DNA of 32,512 nucleotides from NCBI GenBank assembly GCA_002346305.1, contig DDZI01000072.1:4217-36728 (forward strand). Direction: 5' to 3'. Positions 1-7,567 of the stretch are shown here, piece after piece. This DNA comes from Actinobacteria bacterium UBA3012. Its GTDB lineage: Bacteria > Actinomycetota > Actinomycetes > Nanopelagicales > Nanopelagicaceae. The first letter of the stretch is position 1, and every line of letters starts with the position of its first letter. The notes under the pieces were generated by a model. It did not search any database, was not told the DNA's origin, and saw only the letters and a program-made list of their open reading frames with translations. Both the position numbers and the translations under genes were made by a program.

Positions 1-153
1 TCTTGAAGTAAACCGTGCCCAATTGTTGAAACATTTTTCGAACCTGGATCGGGAACAAACATCAAACCATCTTTTGCAACAGTTTCATCAAGAGTTTGAT
101 TTGTAACTCCAGGCTGGACAACTGCCAACATTTGGGCACGGTTTACTTCAAGA
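1..153. repeat. Perfect 22-nt inverted repeat (arms 1-22 and 132-153, 109-nt spacer) at the window terminus
   Basis: tcttgaagtaaaccgtgcccaa (1-22) is the exact reverse complement of ttgggcacggtttacttcaaga (132-153). The match ends at 23/131. Confidence 0.95.
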
Positions 154-461
154 ATTTTATTCATCTTGTTCATACTCAAAACAATTCCACCATTTAATGG
201 AACAGTCGCAGCGCACAAGTTACTTCCGGCTCCTCGAGCAATTATCGGAGTCTTAGTACTTGCTGCAAATTTCACGATTTCGACAACTTCTTGAGTAGAC
301 CTTGGCGTAACTACAACTTCTGGCAATCCATGAAAAAGTGGAGTTGCATCACGACTATAACTTTCTAAAGCAACAGCATCACCATGCACTATTTCAGCGC
401 CAACCAGAGCAGTCAGGCGATCAACCAATTTTTGGTTATCGGGGTTTGGGGCTGGTGACAT
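1..461 (-). CDS. FAD-binding oxidase, GlcD / FAD-linked D-lactate dehydrogenase family (N-terminal ~153 codons; gene runs off the window start)
   Basis: Absent from the ORF track because it is open at the window edge. Reverse-strand ATG at 461-459 reads MSPAPNPDNQKLVDRLTALVGAEIVHGD..SYSRDATPLFHGLPEVVVTPRSTQEVVEIVKFAASTKTPIIARGAGSNL..VQPGVTNQTLDE..GLMFVPDPGS..STIG. This is the FAD_binding_4 layout of glycolate oxidase GlcD and FAD-linked lactate dehydrogenases. The last ~7 codons (nt 1-22) look artefactual (see findings). Confidence 0.8.
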   Translation of the reverse strand, partial: MSPAPNPDNQKLVDRLTALVGAEIVHGDAVALESYSRDATPLFHGLPEVVVTPRSTQEVVEIVKFAASTKTPIIARGAGSNLCAATVPLNGGIVLSMNKMNKILEVNRAQMLAVVQPGVTNQTLDETVAKDGLMFVPDPGSKNVSTIGHGLLQ

Positions 462-491
462 TGGGGCTTGCCTGCCTTTCTGCCGGTGTTA

Positions 492-529
492 GGGGGTACT
501 CAAATTAGGGGTACTCGCCGTAGAGTACC
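492..529. promoter_or_regulatory. Candidate operator in the divergent promoter region between the GlcD-like gene and the lactonase operon
   Basis: GGGGTACTC occurs twice as a direct repeat (493-501 and 508-516). The second copy forms an inverted repeat GGTACTC(510-516)-N6-GAGTACC(523-529). The site lies in the 97-nt gap between divergent start codons at 461 and 559. Confidence 0.45.
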
Positions 530-558
530 GCTCAAAGATAACCATAAATGGGGGCAAA

Positions 559-1434
559 ATGCAGGCAACCGTCTTTGATCAGCGGCGAAACATTCTCGGT
601 GAGGGCCCAACCGCCACCGGCGCTAAAAATCAGCAGATTCAATGGGTCGACATCATGGGCAAGGCGGTTCGCTCCCGTCATTTAATCTCTGGAGAAATTT
701 CGGAATATGCAACAGCTGAGCATGTTGGTTTTGCAATCCCGCGCAAGAGTGGCGGAGATGTAATCGGAACAGCGAATGGACCACACCTTCGTGATGCTGA
801 TGGAACTTTGCATAAATTGCCAACTCGGATAGATGCCGATGGTTTTAGTGCGACACAAGTAGTTCGCTGGAATGATGGGAAAATTTCTCCTGCTGGAGAT
901 CTATTTTTGGGAACGATGGGTTATAAATTTGAAAGTAATGCCGCTGCTCTTTACCAGATGCGCGGAGATGGAAAACATATGCGCCGGATTTTTGGGGATG
1001 TAACAATCAGTAATGGTCTGGATTGGACGCCTGACGGCAAAACCATGTTTTACATTGACACTACTTTACAAAGAGTGGATAAGTTAGATGTGGTCGAACG
1101 AGATGTGATCAACCGTCGTCCATTTATTAATTTTTCAGAGAGCATGGGAATGCCAGATGGAATGTCAGTTGATGCAAACGGAAATCTTTGGGTCGCATTT
1201 TGGACCGGTTCTGCAGTGCGTTGCTTTGATGGTGAAAATGGAAAGCAACTTGATGAAATAAATTGTCCTACCCCGAGAATTACTTCATGTGTATTTGCTG
1301 GTGAAAATTTAGATCAATTAATTATCACAAGTGCTCGTGAAGAAAGTGAAGTGGGAGAACCAAAGGAATCAGGAATGACATTCATCGCAACTCCCGGAGT
1401 GCGTGGTCAAAAGACCACACTCTTTGGAGCGTAA
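559..1434 (+). CDS. SMP-30/gluconolactonase/LRE-family sugar lactonase
   Basis: Propeller-family hallmarks are present: LGEGP..WVD, NGLDWTPDGKTMFYIDT, PDGMSVDANGNLWVA and ITSCVFAGENLDQLIITSA. Its stop overlaps the next start (TAATG). Confidence 0.9.
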   Translation: MQATVFDQRRNILGEGPTATGAKNQQIQWVDIMGKAVRSRHLISGEISEYATAEHVGFAIPRKSGGDVIGTANGPHLRDADGTLHKLPTRIDADGFSATQVVRWNDGKISPAGDLFLGTMGYKFESNAAALYQMRGDGKHMRRIFGDVTISNGLDWTPDGKTMFYIDTTLQRVDKLDVVERDVINRRPFINFSESMGMPDGMSVDANGNLWVAFWTGSAVRCFDGENGKQLDEINCPTPRITSCVFAGENLDQLIITSAREESEVGEPKESGMTFIATPGVRGQKTTLFGA

Positions 1435-2387
1435 TGCCTGATCTATATACCTTTGGCGAAGCAATGGCGTTGTTTCTATCCGAGGACACCGACTCAGTTA
1501 TTGATGCAAAGTTGTATCGCAGAAGCACGGCTGGTGCGGAAGGAAATGTTGCTGTAGCAGTTTCAAGGCTTGGTCTGCATGCGCATTTTTATACCCATTT
1601 AGGACAAGATGAATTAGGTACTGCAATTCTTGATGATTTCATCGCTGAGGGTGTGGATGTATCTGAAGTTAAGCGAGTGCCAGAATTTAGTGGCACCATG
1701 ATCAGAAATCCTGGTACTACCCGCCCTGTTGAAGCTACCTACTTAAGAAAAGGTGCAGCAGCGACAACAATTTCTCCTGCTGACATTAATTTAGGAATGT
1801 TGCACTCATCTAAATGGGTTCATACAACTGGGATTACTTGTGCAATCTCAACAACTGCGGCAAGTGCTGTTGATTTTGCATTAGCAAAAGCTAGGGATGC
1901 AAAAATTGCTTGCAGTTTAGATTTGAATATCAGACGAAAGTTATGGAGCGAAGCCCAGGCACGAGTTGTCCTTGAACCATTAGCCCATGATGTTGACCTG
2001 CTTATCGGTGGAGAAGATGAGTACCTTGCGATTTTCGGTGAGCAGGATCCAAAGCGCGCCTTGGAATTAGTTGCAGAGCGTGGATGCAAAATAGCGATCA
2101 TGACCAAAGGTGACCAAAAAATTCGTTACCTTATTAATGGAGAGTTTGGGGAAATCACTCCACCAAAAGTCAAAGCTGTAGACCCAGTTGGATCAGGAGA
2201 TGCATTTACAGGTGGTGTGATCTCAGGTTTGCTAAGTGGATTAACTCCCATAGATGCAATAAAGCAGGGAAGTGTTTCTGGTGCTCGCGTAGCAAGCCAA
2301 TTTGGCGATTGGGCTGGATTGCCAACTGGGGTTAAAGGTAGGACTGACCCAGCGATAATTGCCCAACTAACCGGAGGAGTCCAATGA
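1434..2387 (+). CDS. kdgK: PfkB-family sugar-acid kinase, most likely 2-dehydro-3-deoxy-gluconate/galactonate kinase
   Basis: Ribokinase-like fold with the C-terminal DPVGSGDAFTGGVISGLL motif. It sits between a lactonase and a KDPG-type aldolase and overlaps both neighbours at stop/start. Confidence 0.8.
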   Translation: MPDLYTFGEAMALFLSEDTDSVIDAKLYRRSTAGAEGNVAVAVSRLGLHAHFYTHLGQDELGTAILDDFIAEGVDVSEVKRVPEFSGTMIRNPGTTRPVEATYLRKGAAATTISPADINLGMLHSSKWVHTTGITCAISTTAASAVDFALAKARDAKIACSLDLNIRRKLWSEAQARVVLEPLAHDVDLLIGGEDEYLAIFGEQDPKRALELVAERGCKIAIMTKGDQKIRYLINGEFGEITPPKVKAVDPVGSGDAFTGGVISGLLSGLTPIDAIKQGSVSGARVASQFGDWAGLPTGVKGRTDPAIIAQLTGGVQ

Positions 2388-3004
2388 GTGTTATTAAAAC
2401 ATTATTGAAAAGTGGCGCAGTTGCAATTGTCCGTACCGCCGATCAAGCCAGTTGCCAGGAAGCTGCTGATGCAATTGTTGGCGCTGGATTAACTTCAATT
2501 GAAATCACACTTACAACACCAGGGGCTTTTGATGTAATTGCTTCGCTTGCGGCACGGTCAAATGTCTGCGTCGGAGTAGGAACAGTTCTGACAACCTCTG
2601 ATGTTGCAAATGCAGCAAAAGCTGGTGCAACTTTTGTGGTTTCTCCAAATACAAATCCTGAAGTAATTACAGCGACAAAAAAAGCAGGTTTGATTTCAAT
2701 TCCTGGAGTTGCGACTCCAAGTGATGTTGCTGCGGCACTTGCTGCGGGTGCCGATGTGTTGAAATTATTTCCAGCATCTTCATACGGACCAGCGCATCTG
2801 AAAGCATTACGCGATCCATTTCCCGGAAATCTATGGTGTCCAACTGGTGGATTAAGTGTGGGTGCGGTCCCAGATTGGTTTGCTGCTGGCGCAAATATGG
2901 TTGGTCTTGGTGGACCCCTTCTAAAAGGTGGCCTGAGTGCTATCCCAGTAAATGTGGCTGCATTCTTGGCTGTTGTTGCGCAAGTAAGAGAGATAAACTC
3001 CTGA
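2384..3004 (+). CDS. eda: 2-dehydro-3-deoxy-phosphogluconate / 4-hydroxy-2-oxoglutarate aldolase (KDPG aldolase family)
   Basis: Family motifs seen: AIVR, IEITLTTPGA, VGVGTVLT, AGATFVVSPN, IPGVATPSDV and GADVLKLFPA (Schiff-base Lys context). ATGA overlap with kdgK. Confidence 0.85.
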   Translation: MSVIKTLLKSGAVAIVRTADQASCQEAADAIVGAGLTSIEITLTTPGAFDVIASLAARSNVCVGVGTVLTTSDVANAAKAGATFVVSPNTNPEVITATKKAGLISIPGVATPSDVAAALAAGADVLKLFPASSYGPAHLKALRDPFPGNLWCPTGGLSVGAVPDWFAAGANMVGLGGPLLKGGLSAIPVNVAAFLAVVAQVREINS

Positions 3005-3006
3005 TC

Positions 3007-3765
3007 ATGAAATTACCAAATGACCATATTTTAGTAACTGGCGGAGCAAAAGGAATTGGCGCTGCAATTGTGCTCGATGCAGCACAAGCGGGAGCACGTG
3101 TCTCCTTCGTAGATATCGATGTTGCAGCTTCTGAAAAATACCTTGGTGAATTAAGAGCTGCCGGTCACAAAGTCGAATTTGAGCGCGCGGATGTAGGTAA
3201 CTTTGCTGATGTAGAACAAGCGCTCAAAAAGTTAGTTGCCAAGCAGGGTGATTTTACTGGCGTAGTGAATAATGCTGGAGTTGGTTCAAGTGCTGATCCA
3301 GTGACTATGACTGACGAAGAGTGGGATGTTTTTTTTGCGATTGATATGAAATCAATTTGGCACACTGCAAAGTTAACTTTGCCGGCCATGCGTAAAGCGC
3401 AAAAAGGCTCCATTGTAAATATTGCCTCGATTCATGGTCGTCTCACAGCGCCTAATTACTTTCCTTATGGTGCAGCGAAATCTGCAGTGCTCGGATTAAC
3501 CCGCAACATAGGAATTGATGAAGGTCATAACAACATTAGATGTAATGCAGTTTCTCCTGGATACATCATGACACCGCTTTCAGAAGCCTGGTATGCCGAA
3601 GAAGCCGGCCGTTACGAGCGTGCACTTTCAGTTCAATCAATGGGCCGCGTAGGCCAGCCAATTGAAATTGCTAAAGTCGTTACTTTCTTACTCTCAGATG
3701 CTGCCTCTTTTGTAAATGGATCAGATTGGGCTGTAGATGGCGGAATAGGAGCGCGGTCAGTATGA
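3007..3765 (+). CDS. Short-chain dehydrogenase/reductase (SDR), paralogue 1 of a tandem pair
   Basis: The real start is ATG 3007 (MKLPNDHILVTGGAKGIGAAI). The track ORF from 2833 is a Cys/Trp-rich out-of-frame run-in over eda. Contains TGGxxGIG, NNAG and S..YxxxK (ASIHG...PYGAAK). Confidence 0.9.
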   Translation: MKLPNDHILVTGGAKGIGAAIVLDAAQAGARVSFVDIDVAASEKYLGELRAAGHKVEFERADVGNFADVEQALKKLVAKQGDFTGVVNNAGVGSSADPVTMTDEEWDVFFAIDMKSIWHTAKLTLPAMRKAQKGSIVNIASIHGRLTAPNYFPYGAAKSAVLGLTRNIGIDEGHNNIRCNAVSPGYIMTPLSEAWYAEEAGRYERALSVQSMGRVGQPIEIAKVVTFLLSDAASFVNGSDWAVDGGIGARSV

Positions 3766-4550
3766 GTTCATCAAATTCATCAAATTCATCGATGGCATTA
3801 AAAGGTCATCACGTTTTAGTAACTGGCGGATCTCAAGGAATTGGCGCAGCAATAGTTGTAGATGCTGCGGCTGAGGGTGCTCGAGTTTCATTTTTTGATA
3901 TTGATGTAGAACGTGGTGAAGCGTTAGCCGCTAAATTAAATTCCGAAGGTAATGAAGTGCTCTTTGTTAAAGCTGATGTTTCAAAGTTCGAGCCATTTAA
4001 AGCAGCCTTTGATGTAGCTGTTGCAAAATTCGGCCCAGTAACCGCAGCCTGTTCAAATGCAGGACGAAACTCTTATGCAGATCCAGTCACTTACACAGAT
4101 GAAGAGTGGGAATCATTTTTTGCACTTGATTTAAAATCAAGTTGGTACATTTCAAAATTATGTTTACCTGAGATGCGCAAAGCCAAAAAAGGATCAATTG
4201 TTTTTATCTCATCGATTCATGGTCGGATGACCGCACCAAATTATTTCCCATACTCTGCTGCAAAAGGTGGATTAATTGGCTTAGCTCGCAACTTGGCTCT
4301 TGATGAGGGCCCACGAAATATCCGGACCAACACAGTTTCTCCAGGGTATACATTGACAGCCTTGGTTGACTCTTATTTTGACCTCTACCCTGATCGCAAA
4401 GCGGACGCCGAAGCGGTGCAACCTATGGCTCGAATGGGAAATCCTTCGGAAATTGCAAAAGTGGTCTCTTTTGTTTTATCTGATAATGCTTCGTTTATAA
4501 ATGGAGCAGATTTAATGGTTGATGGTGGACTTCACGCACGGTTTGCTTAA
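3762..4550 (+). CDS. Short-chain dehydrogenase/reductase (SDR), paralogue 2 of the tandem pair
   Basis: ATG 3762 overlaps the upstream stop (ATGA), with AGGAG at 3747-3751. An alternative start at ATG 3792 (MALKGHHVLVTGG) would match paralogue 1 in length. Contains TGGSQGIG and SSIHG...PYSAAK. Roughly half of positions match the upstream SDR by eye. Confidence 0.85.
   Translation: MSSSNSSNSSMALKGHHVLVTGGSQGIGAAIVVDAAAEGARVSFFDIDVERGEALAAKLNSEGNEVLFVKADVSKFEPFKAAFDVAVAKFGPVTAACSNAGRNSYADPVTYTDEEWESFFALDLKSSWYISKLCLPEMRKAKKGSIVFISSIHGRMTAPNYFPYSAAKGGLIGLARNLALDEGPRNIRTNTVSPGYTLTALVDSYFDLYPDRKADAEAVQPMARMGNPSEIAKVVSFVLSDNASFINGADLMVDGGLHARFA
3767..3790 (+). repeat. 9-bp in-frame tandem repeat (ttcatcaaa x ~2.7) encoding an SSNSSNSS tract
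   Basis: ttcatcaaa occurs at 3767-3775 and 3776-3784, followed by ttcatc at 3785-3790. It lies between the two candidate starts of SDR paralogue 2. Confidence 0.9.
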
Positions 4551-4585
4551 TTTAATTTTATAAATTGAAAAAAGGGGAGTAATAA

Positions 4586-5506
4586 ATGTCAGAGTGGAAA
4601 AGCAGTCGCGACCCAAAAGGTCCAATGCATGCTGGTATTTCATTATTAAGTAATCAAAAGGTCGTAAGTGCTGATGCAGATAATCTACCTGAGAGTGCAA
4701 AGAGATTTGCCGATGGAACTCGCTGGAAGGTGGAAATTCCATCTGTTGAAGGACCGGCTGCCATGCGCGTTGTTATTGAAGAAGCCGCAAAACATAAATT
4801 AGATTTCCATCGCGCCAGCCAAGGTAGCGGAATCATGATGCTTACAGATCCAGAGATTAAAGAATTTTTAGAGCTGGGCGAGAAAGCTAAAGCCGAAGTT
4901 TGTCTTTTTGTCGGCCCACGTTCCTCTTGGGATATTGGTCGTGCAACTATTGGCACATCAAGTGCAACAGTTCATCCATCACTACGTGGCGCCGATCAAC
5001 TTCGATTTGCCGTAGAGGATGTTCTGCACGGAGTCAAGCTGGGAGTTAAATCGATATTAGTTGGCGATATTGGATTACTTGATGTTTTAGGTAAAGCTAA
5101 ACGCAGTGGAGATTTGCCGGCAGATTTAGTATTGAAAACCTCAGTTGCACTTCCTTGCAACAACCCAGCGACCGCCGCGTTGTATGAAGATCTTGGCGCT
5201 TCTACTTTGAACCTAACTACCGATTTATCGTTGGCTCAGATTTCAGCTATCCGTTCGCAAGTTGATATCCCTGTGGATGTATACGTAGAAGCTGCTGACG
5301 ATTTTGGAGGAGCGGTTCGTCATTATGAGGTTCCAGATTTAGTTCGCGTTGCTGCTCCTATTTATTTGAAATTTACCGTTCGTAATGCTCCTGGGTTATA
5401 TCCATCTGGTACCCATTTGCAAGGTGCGGTTGAAGCAACGGCACGTGAACGAGTACGTCGTGCAGCAATTGGAACTGGAATGCTCACTCGCTACGAAATG
5501 AGTTAA
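4586..5506 (+). CDS. Conserved hypothetical protein, alternating beta/alpha (TIM-barrel-like); faint resemblance to the U32 'peptidase' barrel but without its Cys cluster
   Basis: 306-aa ORF with GGGGAG 8 nt upstream of the ATG. GVKSILVGDIGLLDVLGKA...LVLKTSVALPCNNPATAALYEDLGASTLNLTTDLSLAQISAIRSQVDIPVDVYVEA recalls the U32 barrel core. No family could be assigned with confidence. Confidence 0.7.
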   Translation: MSEWKSSRDPKGPMHAGISLLSNQKVVSADADNLPESAKRFADGTRWKVEIPSVEGPAAMRVVIEEAAKHKLDFHRASQGSGIMMLTDPEIKEFLELGEKAKAEVCLFVGPRSSWDIGRATIGTSSATVHPSLRGADQLRFAVEDVLHGVKLGVKSILVGDIGLLDVLGKAKRSGDLPADLVLKTSVALPCNNPATAALYEDLGASTLNLTTDLSLAQISAIRSQVDIPVDVYVEAADDFGGAVRHYEVPDLVRVAAPIYLKFTVRNAPGLYPSGTHLQGAVEATARERVRRAAIGTGMLTRYEMS

Positions 5507-5763
5507 AAATTTCACAAAGTAAAGCTTTTGTCTCCAAAATATCGATTCAGGGAGCGCAAATCGGGGGCGAAAATCCACTTCCGATTTTCAGAAATCAAAA
5601 TAGGGACCGCTCGGTAAAGTTTCTAAATGAGTTTTCTGCTGAACAAAGCAATTTAGTTGGATATGAAACTGGCGAAATCTATCCTCCACACCGTTGGCAA
5701 GACAGATACACCCGAGAATTAACTTCAACAGAAATCACCACAGTAGTTCTTGAAAATGAATAC

Positions 5764-7536
5764 TTGAAAGCAACTTTTTTGCCTGAACTTGGCGGACGTT
5801 TATACTCACTTTTTGATAAAGAGAATCAACGAGAATTACTGTTTACTAATCCAATTCTGCAATTTGCCAACCTGTCGATTTTAAACGCTTGGTTTTCAGG
5901 CGGTATTGAATGGAATATGGGGCAATATGGCCATACATTTGGAACCTGCTCGCCTGTTCATATCGCAAAGTTAATTGATGAAGATGGCCATGAATTTATC
6001 CGAATTTATGATTATGAGAGAACTCGGAATTTCCATTGGGCTATTGATTGTCATTTGCCCTCAGGAGCAAGGAATTTAAGAGTTCATGTCCGGATAATGA
6101 ATGATCGGACTGAAATGACGCCAATGTATTGGTGGACAAATATTGCAGTTCGTGAAACTCCAAAAGCCCGAGTATTTGGTAGCACCGATGATGTTATTTT
6201 CGTGGATCAAGGTTTTGCCGGCTATGGAACTGGCAAATTGCCTTATCTGCCAACAGTGCCAGGTGTTGACCTCTCTTTTCCTCAGAATTTTCCATTTGCA
6301 AATGAGTATTTCTTTCAAAACCCCAAATCTATTAGCTCGCCATGGGAATCAATCCTTTATGAGGACGGTCAAGTTTTTTATGAGCGCAGTACAGCTGCAT
6401 TGCGCTACAAGAAGATGTTTTGCTGGGGCAATCACGTTGGAGGAAGGGGCTGGCAGGAATTCCTTTCAGATGCTTCCTCACCAAATTTCTCTCCTTATTT
6501 AGAACTTCAGGCTGGACTTGCTCCAACCCAATTGCATGGTTACCAAATGCCTGGCCATTCGGAAATTACTTTCACACAATTTTTCGGTAGTTTTGAAAAA
6601 ACAGAAAATCAGCTACTACTCAAAGCAGAGTGGTCAGCTGCGCAAGAAAAAATGTCAGATCAAATAGAAAAAGTTGCTCCAATCGATTTACTTGAAAGTG
6701 AAAATCTGAGATTTGAAAAACTAGCGACTAAGGAACCAGCGGAGATTCTGTTCCGTGGAAGTAGCTGGGGTGCAGTTGAACAAAGACGCAGGGAAAAATC
6801 TGGAGAGAATATTCCTGCTGGCTTACTTTTCGAACCTGCCAAAAGCGATCAGACGGGCGATTGGATTGAATTACTTGAAAATGGAAATTATCCAATTAGT
6901 GATGTGACGAAGGTTCCCACATCATGGATGGTTCAAAAAGAATGGATTTCGCTTTTAGAAGAGAGCCGCCAAAATTGGTTAAGTGCACTTCATATTGGAA
7001 ATTACTATTTTGAAATTGGTGAGAAAGAATTAGCGATTTACCATTGGAATAAATCTCTAGATTTCGAATCTTCGCCTTGGGCACTACGAAATTTAGCAAT
7101 TGCACAAAGAGATTCTGGAAATTTATCGGCAGCTTTAGAGCTTTATGAAAAAGCTATAAACAAATTTTCTTCAGAGTTACATGATGCTTTTTATGAAGAG
7201 TATTTACAGTTACTTATTTTTGCAGAAAAATACGAGCAACTTTGGAAAATTTACACTGAGATTATTTCAATTAGAGTTCCAAGTGAGCGAATAGATTTAG
7301 CAGCGGCGAAAGCGGCGTTGCAATTAGGTCACTTTGAATTTTTAGCAAAGATCTTTACGCGCACTTTTGCCCAAATTCGAGAAGGCGAATCCACGTTAGT
7401 TGCGATCTGGTTTGAGTATCAGGCGATTTTGGCTGCGCAGGCATCCGGGGTTCCGGTTGATGATCAAATCAGAAAACAGGTCAGACAAAGTGCCAGGCCG
7501 CCAAAAAATATAGATTTTAGGATGATCGAGAGTTAG
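5764..7536 (+). CDS. DUF5107-type protein with C-terminal TPR-like repeats (canonical-start model; true start probably upstream near 5509-5560)
   Basis: LENEYLKATFLPELGGRLYSLFDK and WFSGGIEWN match my recollection of DUF5107. The C-terminus has TPR-like helices (LHIGNYYFEIGEKELAIYHWNKSLD, ALRNLAIAQRDSGNLSAALELYEKAI). TTG 5764 is the first canonical start, but the frame is open and family-like from 5449 (see finding). Confidence 0.8.
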   Translation: MKATFLPELGGRLYSLFDKENQRELLFTNPILQFANLSILNAWFSGGIEWNMGQYGHTFGTCSPVHIAKLIDEDGHEFIRIYDYERTRNFHWAIDCHLPSGARNLRVHVRIMNDRTEMTPMYWWTNIAVRETPKARVFGSTDDVIFVDQGFAGYGTGKLPYLPTVPGVDLSFPQNFPFANEYFFQNPKSISSPWESILYEDGQVFYERSTAALRYKKMFCWGNHVGGRGWQEFLSDASSPNFSPYLELQAGLAPTQLHGYQMPGHSEITFTQFFGSFEKTENQLLLKAEWSAAQEKMSDQIEKVAPIDLLESENLRFEKLATKEPAEILFRGSSWGAVEQRRREKSGENIPAGLLFEPAKSDQTGDWIELLENGNYPISDVTKVPTSWMVQKEWISLLEESRQNWLSALHIGNYYFEIGEKELAIYHWNKSLDFESSPWALRNLAIAQRDSGNLSAALELYEKAINKFSSELHDAFYEEYLQLLIFAEKYEQLWKIYTEIISIRVPSERIDLAAAKAALQLGHFEFLAKIFTRTFAQIREGESTLVAIWFEYQAILAAQASGVPVDDQIRKQVRQSARPPKNIDFRMIES

Positions 7537-7567
7537 CAAAATCCAGCCCTTCGAATAGTATTAAGGC

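Noticed and set aside
2833-3006. Upstream extension of track ORF 2833..3765 (MVSNWWIKCGCGPRLVCCWRKYGW...)
   Set aside because: It lies wholly inside eda in another frame and is Cys/Trp-rich nonsense. The SDR homology and a sensible start (MKLPNDHILVTGG) begin at ATG 3007.
3726-3761. Upstream extension of track ORF 3726..4550 (MGCRWRNRSAVS)
   Set aside because: It overlaps the 3' end of the upstream SDR. ATG 3762 forms the usual ATGA coupling junction and has AGGAG upstream.
1820-4956. Antisense ORFs 1820..2107, 2667..2894, 3165..3413, 4512..4742 and 4654..4956 (minus strand)
   Set aside because: They are shadow ORFs opposite well-supported genes. Their composition is low-complexity or Ser/Arg-rich, and they have no RBS and no family resemblance.
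5446-5510. Possible programmed -1 frameshift fusing the 306-aa orphan (frame of 4586) to the DUF5107 frame, which is open from 5449
   Set aside because: I found no X XXY YYZ slippery heptamer or downstream structure in the 5449-5506 overlap. The two proteins look like independent domains. Non-canonical initiation or a start-codon lesion is the simpler explanation.
5396-7105. ORFs 5396..5578(-), 6076..6318(-), 6143..6502(+), 6332..6526(-), 6660..6842(-) and 6896..7105(-)
   Set aside because: They lie in alternative frames or antisense within the DUF5107 gene or its upstream extension. They are typical of AT-rich sequence and have no supporting signals.
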